A stretch of 64,000 nt of DNA from Selaginella moellendorffii. Taxonomy: Eukaryota > Plantae > Lycopodiophyta. The translations under genes were made by a program, and so were the position numbers. The notes under the pieces are model-generated. The model searched no databases. It had not been told where the DNA came from and saw nothing but the letters and a program-made list of their open reading frames with translations. How positions within the stretch are numbered: the stretch's first letter is position 1; each line of letters starts with the position of its first letter. The DNA is taken from the NCBI RefSeq assembly GCF_000143415.4, contig NW_003314264.1:3895229-3959228 (forward strand). Reading direction: 5' to 3'. This document shows positions 34,808-46,367 of this stretch, piece by piece.

Positions 34808-36550
34808 CTATGCCATGCAACGGCTGGAGCACCGGTGCACGATCCGGTGCATGTGGCGGTAATTGGGCGATAGCTGGAAGCTAAATCTCTGCACGATCAT
34901 GGCCATGGCGATCTTGGCTTCTGGGCGAAGGATTGGCCCAGGCACACGCGCTGGCCTTTGAAAACAGGAGAAATGCGAAGAGGTGCTGTGTCTTGGAAGT
35001 GCGTCCGCAATGCGCTCGGGTCTAAACTCGTTGGCGTCATTGCCCCAGAGATCCGTGTCGTGGAGGAGGTAGAGGATGGGGACGATCACTCCGCTCCCTT
35101 CCAGGAATGACAAATGCCCAAGCTTGGCATCTTTGAATTAGCTCCGGACGATGACAACGGCAGGAGAATACAATTGCAAAGCTCTTGTTGAGCACCATCC
35201 CGACCTGGATTCGCCATAGCTATAGAGTTTAGAGGAGAAGTCCAACGAAGAACGAAGAACTTATGATTTTTAGCTTGTTTAAGCCCATGGCATCTGGTGC
35301 TTTGGACTGGCAGACTTGGCGGACTTCTTCTCGGGCTCGCTCCTGCCAGGATGGGTTTATGGTGAGGGGCATCATTGTCCATGCCAGCTACTTAGCCGAG
35401 GTATTGTGTCCCGCGATGTAGAACGTCTTGCATTCCTCCATCAAGCCATCAATGGTGAAGGAGAGCCCGGTCTTTGCATCATAGTGCTCCGCGTCGACTT
35501 CCTTGAGCATCACTCCGAGGAGATCACTTCCATAGCCCTCGATCTCTCCCGCCGCCGTTTGATCCTTCCGGACTTGGACAATCTCTTCCAGCGTCGAGCG
35601 CACCTCGGCATTGACGGCTTTGATATCGCGGTTGATCTTGGAGAATGGAAGCTTGCTGTGATGGAGTTGTAAGAGACAAGTTCAAGTGCGAAGTCTATAC
35701 CTCTGTATCCATTGCGATGAAAATTTGCGGTAGACGAGCTCGCCCACTTGATCCAGCAGCTCGAAAACTCTGTGGCCCTGCTTGTAGCTGATGCCAAATG
35801 CCGCTCGAGAGATAATGTCCGACGTTAGTGTCGTGAGCTCCTTGCAAACTTCCAGTTCGATGGGCTCTTCTTTGCCTTCTGTGAGAGCATTCCATTTCTC
35901 CAGCATGTCTGCTACGCAATCTCGCATGCCGCTGACCATGAGCTACAAGATTTTATGTCAAGAGAAGAACTTTGGAGTGATTTTCGCTCGCTTGCCTTGA
36001 TCTTGTCGGCGTGAAAGGCCGGTGCGAGGATGCGACGCCTCAACGCCCACTCGTCTCCATTCACGACGGCCATGCCTCGGCCCAGGAGATCGATCTGGAG
36101 CTGACGCTGCCAGTTGGAGTTCCAAAACGCTCCAGCCTTGTTGTAGAGCACCTCTTTGATCATGTCGAGGTCCGTAAGAACAACGCCAGGCTCGCTTCCC
36201 CACCACCACCGCAATGGTTGTCCTGGAAGAGAAGAAAATGTAAGCGAAATCTCTACAAGAACAAGAACTGGCCATATACCATAGAGTTTAGCCCACTGGA
36301 GGTGGTGTGGCTGGACATAGTCCATGATATCGTGGGTGATCGGCCCTTCGATGCATTTGGCCTCGACGTGAGTCCGGATCTCAAATATGTGCTTGACATT
36401 TCCTGAGAGAATCGACCTGGGCGGGCCCCGAATACCCTGCCGCCGCAGCTTGGCCTCGAGGATCCAGGGCTTGAGCAAGAGCTTCGTCACCGCCTTCCAC
36501 ACCAGACCTACGCATAACGCCGCGATCGTCCATAGCCACAGTGGCGCCAT
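34808..36550 (-). pseudogene. Cytochrome P450, CYP72 clan, pseudogene
   Basis: LRRQGIRGPP, DIISRAAFG, ECKTFYIAGHNTSAK followed by a stop, WGNDANEFRPER. Heme-binding region is frameshifted. Confidence 0.85.
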
Positions 36551-37020
36551 GGACAAAAGATTTAAGAGATTTCCTTTGAGGGAATAATGTGAGCAAGTTT
36601 ATATACTATAGTACCTTGCTTGAGCGCCAAGCGATCTGCGAAAAAAAAAAATTGTTTGGTGCCCTACCGTGGCGAGAGATGACTGGCTGGGTTTTACCAC
36701 ATTGGCTGTCGCTTCCAAGGAATTTGGACCAATGCCTGCCAAAAGGAAGAGGTGTTTGAGTTCGCTTCTTCAGCTTCTACACGGTAGAGAAGAGATTCTT
36801 TTTGTATTCATCGAGATTCGAGTTCTTTGAAGTACATTCTTTCAATCCCAGCAATCGAGAAACCGTTGTTTTCCCGAAGACTTCTTCAGCGGGTCCCGAT
36901 TTCTTCACGCCAATTCAGCAAATCTCCAACCCACCTCTCTTCTGTTACACCAAGAACGAATGGGGCTTATGCTTTATTCAAATTAAGAAATGGCTTCTCG
37001 TTGTGGTCCGGACCCGTTTG

Positions 37021-37107
37021 AAAGCCCACTCTGAACTATGTCTTCAAAGTTGACCTCGACCCTGACATAAACCCACTCTGAACCATGTCTTCAAAGTTGA
37101 CCTCGAG
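37021..37107 (+). repeat. 47-bp tandem duplication upstream of the CYP72-clan pseudogene
   Basis: cccactctgaac(t/c)atgtcttcaaagttgacctcga occurs twice. Confidence 0.85.
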
Positions 37108-40100
37108 CCTAGCTCATCGTCCAAGGTGCTTTTCTGTGCCGCTTCAGACCAACTTCAACCTCTACGTTGGGAAGTTGCTTCCCATTCAATGAGTGAATTA
37201 TGCCAAACCCTTCACAAACTTCTAGGCACAGCTTTGTGGGCCCAAAAAAATCACTTTCATAGTAAGCATACATGCTCTTTGAATTCAAGGAGAAGGATTT
37301 GTAACAAAGAAGAAAGAGGAATAGACAATAGTACCTGACGAAAGACCAAGTCATTTCTATATATGTAATTGTTGAAAGTTGAATTTCTTATAGTCTGTGC
37401 AAACTTTTTTTTTTGAAATAGCATATTAATAGCCTAATGTGAAGATATAAGTATTCCACTAGCAAGTAAGGTAAGGAACTTAGGATTAAACCCCAGAGAC
37501 ACAAAACAAAGATAAACACACCTAACAAGGAACTAAATAATATAGTAGGTTAATCCTTACTAACAAGGAAAAAAAACCATCTCTCTAAAAAGGAGAATTT
37601 ACATTGATAACAAAAATAAGTAAATTGATATGTACCATCGTCAAATTAAGAAAAGGTGAGCCCACTAACATGTAGCTCAACCTTTAAGCACCACCTCCAC
37701 AAGGATCAGTGCATCTTTGTTTAGCAATCCTTGAACTTAGATTAGTTTCAAGGTTTTGTGCAGCCAGTTGAGCATCCACAAAGACATCAATGCCATCAAA
37801 TTTAGGTATTTGAGCTCAATCTATGACAAAACTCTTGCCACCTTGAGAATTTTCCATTTTCTTAATGCACTCACAATATCTACTAAAGGTTTCAACCTCA
37901 AGGATTTAAATATTGCTATTAAGGGTTTGCAATTCTAACACTACATTATCAGTCATCCAAGCCTTCACAAAAGATTGATGAGCAACTTCCTCTGCAGAAT
38001 CCATAATAGCAAACTTGCAGATTCTCAAACTCTACGCTTTAATACTAATTATTAGAACCTAAAGAAGAATTACTACACTAATGCAAAATGGATCACCACC
38101 CAGCCACCCCTAAGCTCTATGCCACTCCTTCACCTTCTAAAAGCCCTTGATTAGTCATGAGCTAATTTGTCATAAAATAAATTGACTAAAGTCATACTTT
38201 AAGCCACAACAAAGTTAAGATGCTCAACAAATTATCATTAAACAGCTCCTTTGTGATCCATCTCTCTATATCAAAATGCAACTCATTTTATAATAAGCAT
38301 AATGAGAATCATTAATAATTAATATAACCTCAACTCAAATTATCAATGATTCAACAACTTTAATATTGATCATTAATTCTTCATTTTATAAAGCTAGTAT
38401 AATTCATGACTAAACCACTTTTTAAGAGCAACACTCTACTAAACAATCTCATTTAGACTAAGATTAACTTAACTTATCACTCAATTATTTTGAATGCTAA
38501 TATAATTGCTATCTAACAAATTCTTGAATGTCAATAATATAAAAGTATAACCAAACCATTAACACCATTTTCATTAAGACTAGCAAAACTAAATGTCAAT
38601 CTCTAAAGGGAGTTTAACCAATCATCAATCATTTGAATCATTATAGATGGGAAAATTTAACTTCCTCAATATACCATGGAGAAATATTTAATCTCACTCT
38701 AATTTTAACTTCTACAATATCAACATCAAGATTACTTTAACACTATCAACACTAAAACAAAGTTAAAAGAAAGCAAAAGCAAACCACCACTCAAAACTCT
38801 CTAGCAACTAAATTGACCAAAGTCAAAGATATTATATTTAATATCTAAGATAAATATTTTATTAATACCTAATTATAAATAATACATCCTCAAGGAGTGA
38901 ATCACCATGTCTAAGACTTAATATAATCCACTACCATGCCAAACATTAGTAATAGAGGTGAAACCAACCTGCCAACATGGGAAACCATATAAGCCTAATA
39001 ATACAATCCTTGGCAATACCATTTAATAAATAAATTATTATAGCATGATAAACCATTTAAGATATTAATTTGGCTTCCATTAGGATATGTTACTCTTTGT
39101 TTTGCATTTTACTTAGGTTTAAACCCAAGCTCTATACTACTTTAATAGATGGGGTACCCTTACCCTCTCATTAAGCCACCAATATGCTAAAATTATGTCA
39201 AACTTTATTTCACACTATTTTATATGTAAAAGTTGAATATAAGAAGCTAGTGCTCATAGAGGATTTAAATATATATTAGACCCTCAATTCATAATGCAAT
39301 GGGCTTAGAGTTCATCTCTAAATTCATATACTCTACATCTAGGTATAACATATAAAAACATGGATAAGTATATACAAATAACTACTCAAATGCAATTGAA
39401 CCACAATAAGTTCACTAATATATTTAGTTAATAGCTCTAAATATAATTAAAAAGGCTAACTATAAATGATCAACACCCAACTGAAACTAAAGTAAAGACC
39501 ATCAGATGTACTTATATAAGTACACAACTTTTAATAAACATAGCTATAGTGCAAGTATTAACACCTCAACTATAAACAACTAAGTTGGACATTCCTATCC
39601 TTAGCCAAGATAAATGGCTACTAAAATCAAATCAAGATCAATGAAAATTTATTACTCCCATAGAGTCTAACCCAAATGTAAGGTGCATATAATACTATAT
39701 AAGAAATGCACAAAGATCACCTTTATAAAAAAATATTATTGACTTTTTTTATTAAAACTCTAGACTTTATTCAACTCAATTGCTTTAACCCATTCTTTTT
39801 GAGTTGCATCATAATAAACCATTTATTAATATCTAAGTAAACTAAAGTCACTTCACTAGTTTATAATGACTTATAAAAATAAAATGGTTTTTAGGATAAA
39901 TGATCAATAAATCAATTATTGGAAAAGCTTAAAATATTTTTGGAAAATTTTCCATTCTAGAGAAATAATAACTCTTAATACAAGAATGTAAATTCTTTCC
40001 TTTTACCTACCAGGCATGATATTTACCACTCGAACCTAAAAGCATCACATCATTCTTATGTTGATCCCATATGTTAGATACAGCCAAAAGAATGACAAAG

Positions 40101-40439
40101 GACAGAACAACTGGAGCATTATGAGACACCATGGAGCATCAAGGGAAAAATGAAAGTATGTTAAAAGTATACTTTTATTTTGCTATTTTCTTTGTTCCAT
40201 TGGAGTGGGTCTTTATATGGTTTCTTTTGCTTAGTTTTACTAAACACTAGTGATGAAATGATTGTAAGCTTTTAGGGGATAGTGGAATTTGGGAGGTCAT
40301 GTCTGGGGAGATTATAACATTACAATAGCCAGATGAAGTGGCTTTTGAGGAGGATGTGGATTAGTATAAGTGAGATTTAAAAAAATTTAGGCAAGTTCAA
40401 AGCCAAGATCATGATGCTGAAAAGAATGATAAATCAGTC

Positions 40440-41110
40440 TAATGACTTTTGCCCAATGAGATGGTGATTTTTATATCTTGCTATATAAAAGTGTTTATAG
40501 CATGGTGGCTCATGTTGGGGACATCTCAATGATACAGTTATAGCACAAAACTTTCAATCCCCATAAGTGTATAGATTTTTGTAGTGGATTAAAGAAATCT
40601 TTAAAAAAACAAAAGCTCAATAAGGTATAGAAATTTTAAAACTTGTTCACCTTAATATCGCACAAATGGGTCAAAGCATCACTATTGGAGGATCAAGATG
40701 CTTTTGCTCATTGTGGATGAGCTATTTCTAGTTTTATGCTCAACTCTAGCCATTTAAACTTGGAACTTTGACCAAATTTATGCTTTGTTCTTGAGTAGAA
40801 TCACAAAGATATATTTACTTATATCAAAACTATTTATATTGATGGAGGGTTAGAATTCCTGAATAGGGAGTTTGATGCTATTTATATAAAAGGGGAATTT
40901 CTCAATAAAAGTCGATGGCAAATGAATGTGGTTAGAATGGCATTCTAGAAATGTAATATATTCTATAATGAAAGCCAAAAACATTACTTCATGTTTTTGG
41001 AGAGGCATTTCATATATATGTTAACTTTAGAGCTTATCAACAATGTTTAAACTCCTTGTGAGGCATGGATAGGTAAGAAATCTAAAGTCTCCCATCTTTG
41101 AGTATTTGAA
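40440..41110 (+). mobile_element. Highly degraded Ty1/copia integrase relic
   Basis: Fragmentary translations LKLVHLNI..IGGSR..LLIVDE, IKTIYIDGGLEFLNREF and EAWIGKKSKVSHL*VF resemble copia rve motifs. Confidence 0.65.
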
Positions 41111-44100
41111 GTTTAGGTTTTTGCTATATATCTTGTGATGAACAGTTGACAAAAATGTATGATTGAGTCTTTTAATAAGGGTGTAATATAGATTAAGATA
41201 AATCATATAAGAAGTTGATCAAAGTTTGGAGCAAATGCTAAATCAAATAGCAAGGACAAACATTATAAATTCCCCCTAAATTAACAAATTATTCTTGAAC
41301 AAATTCCTCAAAAAGCACTAGAACTTATAATATAATAGTTTATGGTGTCATATATGTGACTATAGGTAGAATGACTTGAGAAATAATCCGTTAAAAATTT
41401 AAATATAAAAGGAAAAGGCTCATGAATAAGAGTGCATCTCCTTTTCTAATCGGTTAAGGGTTTTAGGATATTTGGGGTTAAATGTTATTGGGAGTAATAT
41501 TGGGTTATGTGACTTCCCAGAAAATCCAAACTTAGGAGTTTATATTTGGTATTAGGTTTTAGTTCAACTCTTTTAGTTGGCTAAGGGAATCACACCATAT
41601 GTTTGTAAAACACAAATCCCTAATCCCCAAAGTGGAGCCGAAAGGGTGCCACATGGTAGTGGCTGAAGCAAAAGCCAAACAAGCGTAACATGTTTGGACT
41701 AAAAGACTCCGATTTGAAAGGTTGAGAGAGGGAGTGGAACTCCCAATAGAGTGCTCAAGGAACGAGCATGAAGTGAGCAATAAGCGAGGCTCCAAAAAAG
41801 GACCCAAAAGGACCAACACATGACACGTGGAAGTGTCCGAGATGGAGTCCGAGATGGACCCGAGTTGGAGTCCGAGGTGGAGTTCGAGATGGAGTCCGAG
41901 ATGGACCCGAGTTGGAGTCCGAGGTGGAGTCCGAGATGGAGTCCGAGATGGACCCAAGTTGGAGTCCGAGGTGGAGTCCGAGATAAAGTCTGAGATGGAC
42001 CCAAGTTGGAGTCTGAGGTGGAGTCTGAGATGGACCCGAGTTGGACTCCGAGGTGGAGTCCGAGATGGAGTCTGAGATGGACCCGAGTTGGAGTCCGAGG
42101 TGGAGTCCGAGATGGAGTCTGAGATGGACCCGAGTTGGAGTCCGAGGTGGAGTCTGAGATGGAGTTTGAGATGGACCGAGATAGAGTCCGAGATAGACCC
42201 GAGATGGAGTCTGAGATGGAGTCCGAGAAGGAGTCCGAGATGGACCCAAGATGGAATTCGAGATGGAGTCCAAGAAGGACCCGAGATGGAGTCCGAGGTC
42301 GAGACCGAGACCGGGATTGAGACCGGGACCGAGACCGAGACCGAGACTGAGACCGAGACTGAGACCGAGACTGAGACCGAGACCGAGACCGAGACCGGGA
42401 CCGAGACCGAGACCGAGGCCGAGGCCGAGACTGAGCCCAAGCCCGAGCCCGAGTCCGAGTCCGAGTCCAAGTCCGAGTCCGAGTCCAAGTCCTAGTTCGA
42501 GTCCGAGTTCGAGTCTGAGAGGGTGAAAGCCCAAAGCGTTCGTCTCCCAGACCCTGGGGGGTTTGGTGAGCTCCAAAAGTATAGTAAGGTTGAGGACTGC
42601 AGTGGAGCCAGTTTGGCCAGGAAAGGCCAGTTTGGCCTAGGAAGGCCAGACCTAGTGTTGGGTGATGAACTGACCACTGGGAAGTCCAAGACTAGAGTGA
42701 ATACGGACCGACAAGCGGGGTAGCTTGGTGGAGTGTTCAAGAGCTGGCTCTAGTTCCCCTGGGAGATCGATTGGCTGATGCTCCCAGTCCAAGTGTGGGT
42801 GGCACTACCTACTTGGATACCTGGTGTGGCTCAACGGAACCTCGCTCGAAGCCCATGGCTAGAGCACCCAAAGGCAGAAGGCGGGGAGAGTACCCACGAG
42901 GCTTGTGTAAGGCCACGGTGTTCCGAAATGTTGTCCCAAAGGCCCAAACTGTGGAAAGGAAGAGGAGTAGTCCTCTGGTGCAGTGACCAAGGATATTGTC
43001 GTGCGTTGAGGAAGTCCCAGAGGACCGTGGGACTTAGTGGTCGGGCTTGTGGGCCCTGATCCAGTGGCAGTGTTGGCGAATACGGCCAAGGACAGAAAGG
43101 GACTTGTGGGGACCAGAAAGGAGATATTAGGGAAGGCTATTCCCCATGTCTACGGGCATCCTAAGGATGCTAAAGAGTGGATCTGGGATGACCACTCATG
43201 GACGGATGGCTCAATCTTGGAGAGACGGGATTGCAATGCAGGTGGTGTTGGACCACTGATGTGACTAAGGTGATTGGGCATGGCCTAGCGTAACAGGCTG
43301 GTATGTTGGTGGTGCTTTGGGGTGTCAGTCATGGGACCGGACACATGGAGCACTGGGACCAAGTGCAAAGGTTGAGTGGCATGGATGCCATTCTCAGGGC
43401 TAGCAAGCCTTAAGTCCTGAGTGGGACTTATGGAGGTTGTGAATGAGACTCCTCCAAGTGGTTGGAGGTGTGGTTAAGTGACTAAAGTAGAATGGAAAAA
43501 TTTAGTCGTTTACAATTTGGTATTGGAGCTGTTCCTTAGTCCGACTTTTATTGGTGCTAAAGTATATCACCACTTGTATTGGAATTGGAAAGTCCTAGAT
43601 ATGGACCTATCCTTGAGGAGTAGCATGTCGAGAGGACATGGCTCTCCACTCAAGTTCATGCATGAACTTGTGCATGATGTGGTAGATGGAAAAGGGCCAG
43701 TAAGGGAACGACTTTAGGATCTTGGGAATAGTATGAGGGTTTCCTCAGAGAGTTGAGGATGTGATCCAGATGAGCATTTGACGCAGCAAACAAGCTAATG
43801 TAGTTGTGGCAAACAACTATAATTGGGATCACGGAAAAGATGCAAACTCCAAGACGATAATGGAGTCACAAAATTACCCTCATATAGTTGAGGCTGGTGC
43901 TCATGAATTTGAGACCGGAATTAATGACTGTGGAAGGTCAAATACGGAAGAGGATACTGTAAGCCACAAATTTTTCCTTTCCAATTTGCCAGCTTACCTC
44001 GTTTATCTGTCCAACACTGCCTTGGCTTTTGCCAAGTTCCCTTGCCAAGGTTCTCGCCTATGGTACCAGCTCCTACTTGGTTTCAGCTACAGTGTTAGCC

Positions 44101-45129
44101 ATCCATCCACGGATTCCCAAATCACTCCCAATCCCCCTCCCCGGGTTAGACTGGACTTAAGGTTCGGTTACACTCCCTGCAAGCACAAGCAGCCAAGCAC
44201 ACCAAGTTTCCAGGTTCCTAACATCCCTTGGTACCACATGACTTGATCATGGGACCCTCTAAATCCCAAGTCTTGAGTGCAACACTTGCTTCGGGACGCC
44301 AGGGCGAAACACCATGGCCTAACGGCCCGGCATGGGTACCTCTACCCCCCCACTTCCATCCCGAAGGAAGGCCCAAGCCCCTAGGAAGGGCGAGGACCAA
44401 TGAGCCGCATGGTACTCAAGTGGGCACCACTCCACATGAGCCGGGAGCACCGCAATCGATTTCCCTTTCAGGAGTGGGAGCTGCTCTTGAGCACTTCCTT
44501 GGATGGCCCCTCCGGCACCAACCAAGTCCATGCTCACTCCCACCCAAGGCACCTCGGTCCCAGTCCCAACCTCAAGTCGGTTTGGAAGCCCCACTGAAGA
44601 GTCCCTTCAAAACTGGTTCCTGGACCTCACTATCCCTACTATACTTTTGGAACCCCCTGCAGCCCCCCCCCCCCTGGGAGACGCACGCTTTGGGCTTTCA
44701 CCCCTTGACCCGTATTAGTATTTGGATTTAGTCTCTGGCTCGATCTCGGACTCAATTTCGGATCTGACTTCGGATTCGGTCTCGGACTCGGTCTCGGACT
44801 CGATCTCGGACCCGACCTCGGACTCGACCTTGGACTTGGTCTCGGACCCGATTTCGGATCTCGGACTCCGTCTCAAACTCGGTCTTGAACTCGGTCCCCG
44901 AGTCGGCCTCGGACTCGATTCCGGACTCTATCTCGAACTCGGTCCCAGAGTCGGTCTTGGACTCGATCTTCGACTTGGTCCCATCTGATGAACTCTTTGT
45001 CATTTTGGTCAAGCCTTCGGGGTTCCTTTAGCCTACGACACCTCGGCGAGTTGGTTCCTTACAACTCCACCACCCATAGAAGAAGTTCGATGCCCACATC
45101 GTACGTTTCTCTTTTTGATCCTACGACTT

Positions 45130-45376
45130 GTTGACCATGTCTCCAGGGGCATCCCCCCACTTAGCGGTGTGCCTAAGTTATCCTCCCTAGCCAAGAGCCC
45201 ATGACAACGGAATATAGGTGTCCCTATACTCCACACCTCACCACGCCCTAGTATGGGGTCGGGACTTGAACTCAGCCTTACTTTACTAGGGGGTTGGGAC
45301 TCGAACCCAACCTCCGTAGAATATGTCTACGAATTCGACATCCCCGCAGGGAGTCAGGCGTAGTTCCCTACGCCTG
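45130..45376 (-). other. Conserved structured-RNA element in the 3' UTR of element B
   Basis: caggcgtag-GGAA-ctacgcctg, ggttggg-TTCGAGT-cccaacc, ggagtatagg-GACA-cctatattcc, cttag-GCACACCG-ctaag, gggg-GATG-cccc. Confidence 0.75.
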
Positions 45377-45429
45377 GTCGACCTAGCTAACCCATGCTAA
45401 TTAGCTCACCTTCGGCGCGCCTTCGGGTC

Positions 45430-45503
45430 CTAACATGTGCCATTGCTCAACTTCACCAATTGATACTTTTAATTGAACTTTGCATAAGTACATAGAGTTC
45501 TAC
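45430..45503 (-). other. Possible intron 3 (74 nt) at the end of the chromodomain
   Basis: CAAG|GTAGAA...ATGTTAG|GA; AT-rich island with a GC-rich downstream flank. Spliced C-terminus would read EFLQGPEGAPKVS*. Confidence 0.5.
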
Positions 45504-45850
45504 CTTGCAAAAATTCCTCCACTAGATCTCGCGCGTTAGCTAGGTTCTCCTCCGGTTCCCATGTTGCTTCGTAGTGTGGAAATCCTTTCCACTTCACATG
45601 GAACTCTCTCACCTCGCGTCCTTGTCGTTTACTCTTGTGCGCATTGAGGATGGCCTTGACTTTGTATTCCTCTTCCTCTTGGATAACCTCAGGTAAAGGT
45701 CTTACTTGGTCCTTGCGAAGCGGATCCTTAAAATATGGCTTGAGTAAGTTCACGTGGAACACGGGATGCATCTTCCCCATCTCTCGAGGAAGTCAGAGTC
45801 GGTAAGCCACTTTACCGATTCGGGCCTCAATCTCGTAAAGCCCCGCGAAC

Positions 45851-45902
45851 TTGCTTAAGGAACTCAAGATCAATTCATTTACAGGAATACATGCATTTTT
45901 AC
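45851..45902 (-). other. Intron-like insert 2 (49 or 52 nt) in the integrase C-terminal (GPY/F) region
   Basis: AAG|GTAAAA...CCTTAAG|CAAG. Removing 45854-45902 (KLTQSKFAG) or 45851-45902 (KLTQRFAG, acceptor CAG mutated to CAA) restores the frame. Confidence 0.75.
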
Positions 45903-46320
45903 CTTTGGGTCAACTTCTAGCTGATCCCACTTGGTAGCCTAAGGTTCTTGGTGTTTAGCCACACCTTCTCCCCAGCTTGGAACTCTACGTCCCAGCGCTT
46001 CTGGTTCGCGTACTTGGTTTGCCTTTGTTGAGCTCGTTCCAAGGAATCCCTCACTAGATTCCAAATGTTGAGTCTTTCCGCCGTGAATGCCTCCACTGCG
46101 GGTAACTCTCCATGATACTCGGCCACGCTGAGTTCCACAGGACCTTCAATAGCTCGCCCATTGATGACTTTCCATGGACTCACCCCGATGCTCGAATGTG
46201 GTGAGTTGTTATAACATATTTCTGCAAGTCCCAAATGACTTACCCAATCGATCTGGTCTCCCGAGACATAGCATCGCAAATAATCCTCCAGCTGCCTATT
46301 CACCCTTTCCGTTTGTCCGT

Positions 46321-46367
46321 CTGTCAAGAAGTGTTAGTGCCACCAAACTTGACTTAATACCCCATAC
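46321..46367 (-). other. Intron-like insert 1 (47 nt) in the integrase core
   Basis: CAG|GTATGG...CACTAAC...TTGACAG|AC; removal restores the conserved YHPQTDGQTER. Confidence 0.85.

Noticed and set aside
45383-45409. Fourth intron (AAG|GTGAGC...CTAG)
   Set aside because: Only 27 nt, well below intron sizes seen in this window.
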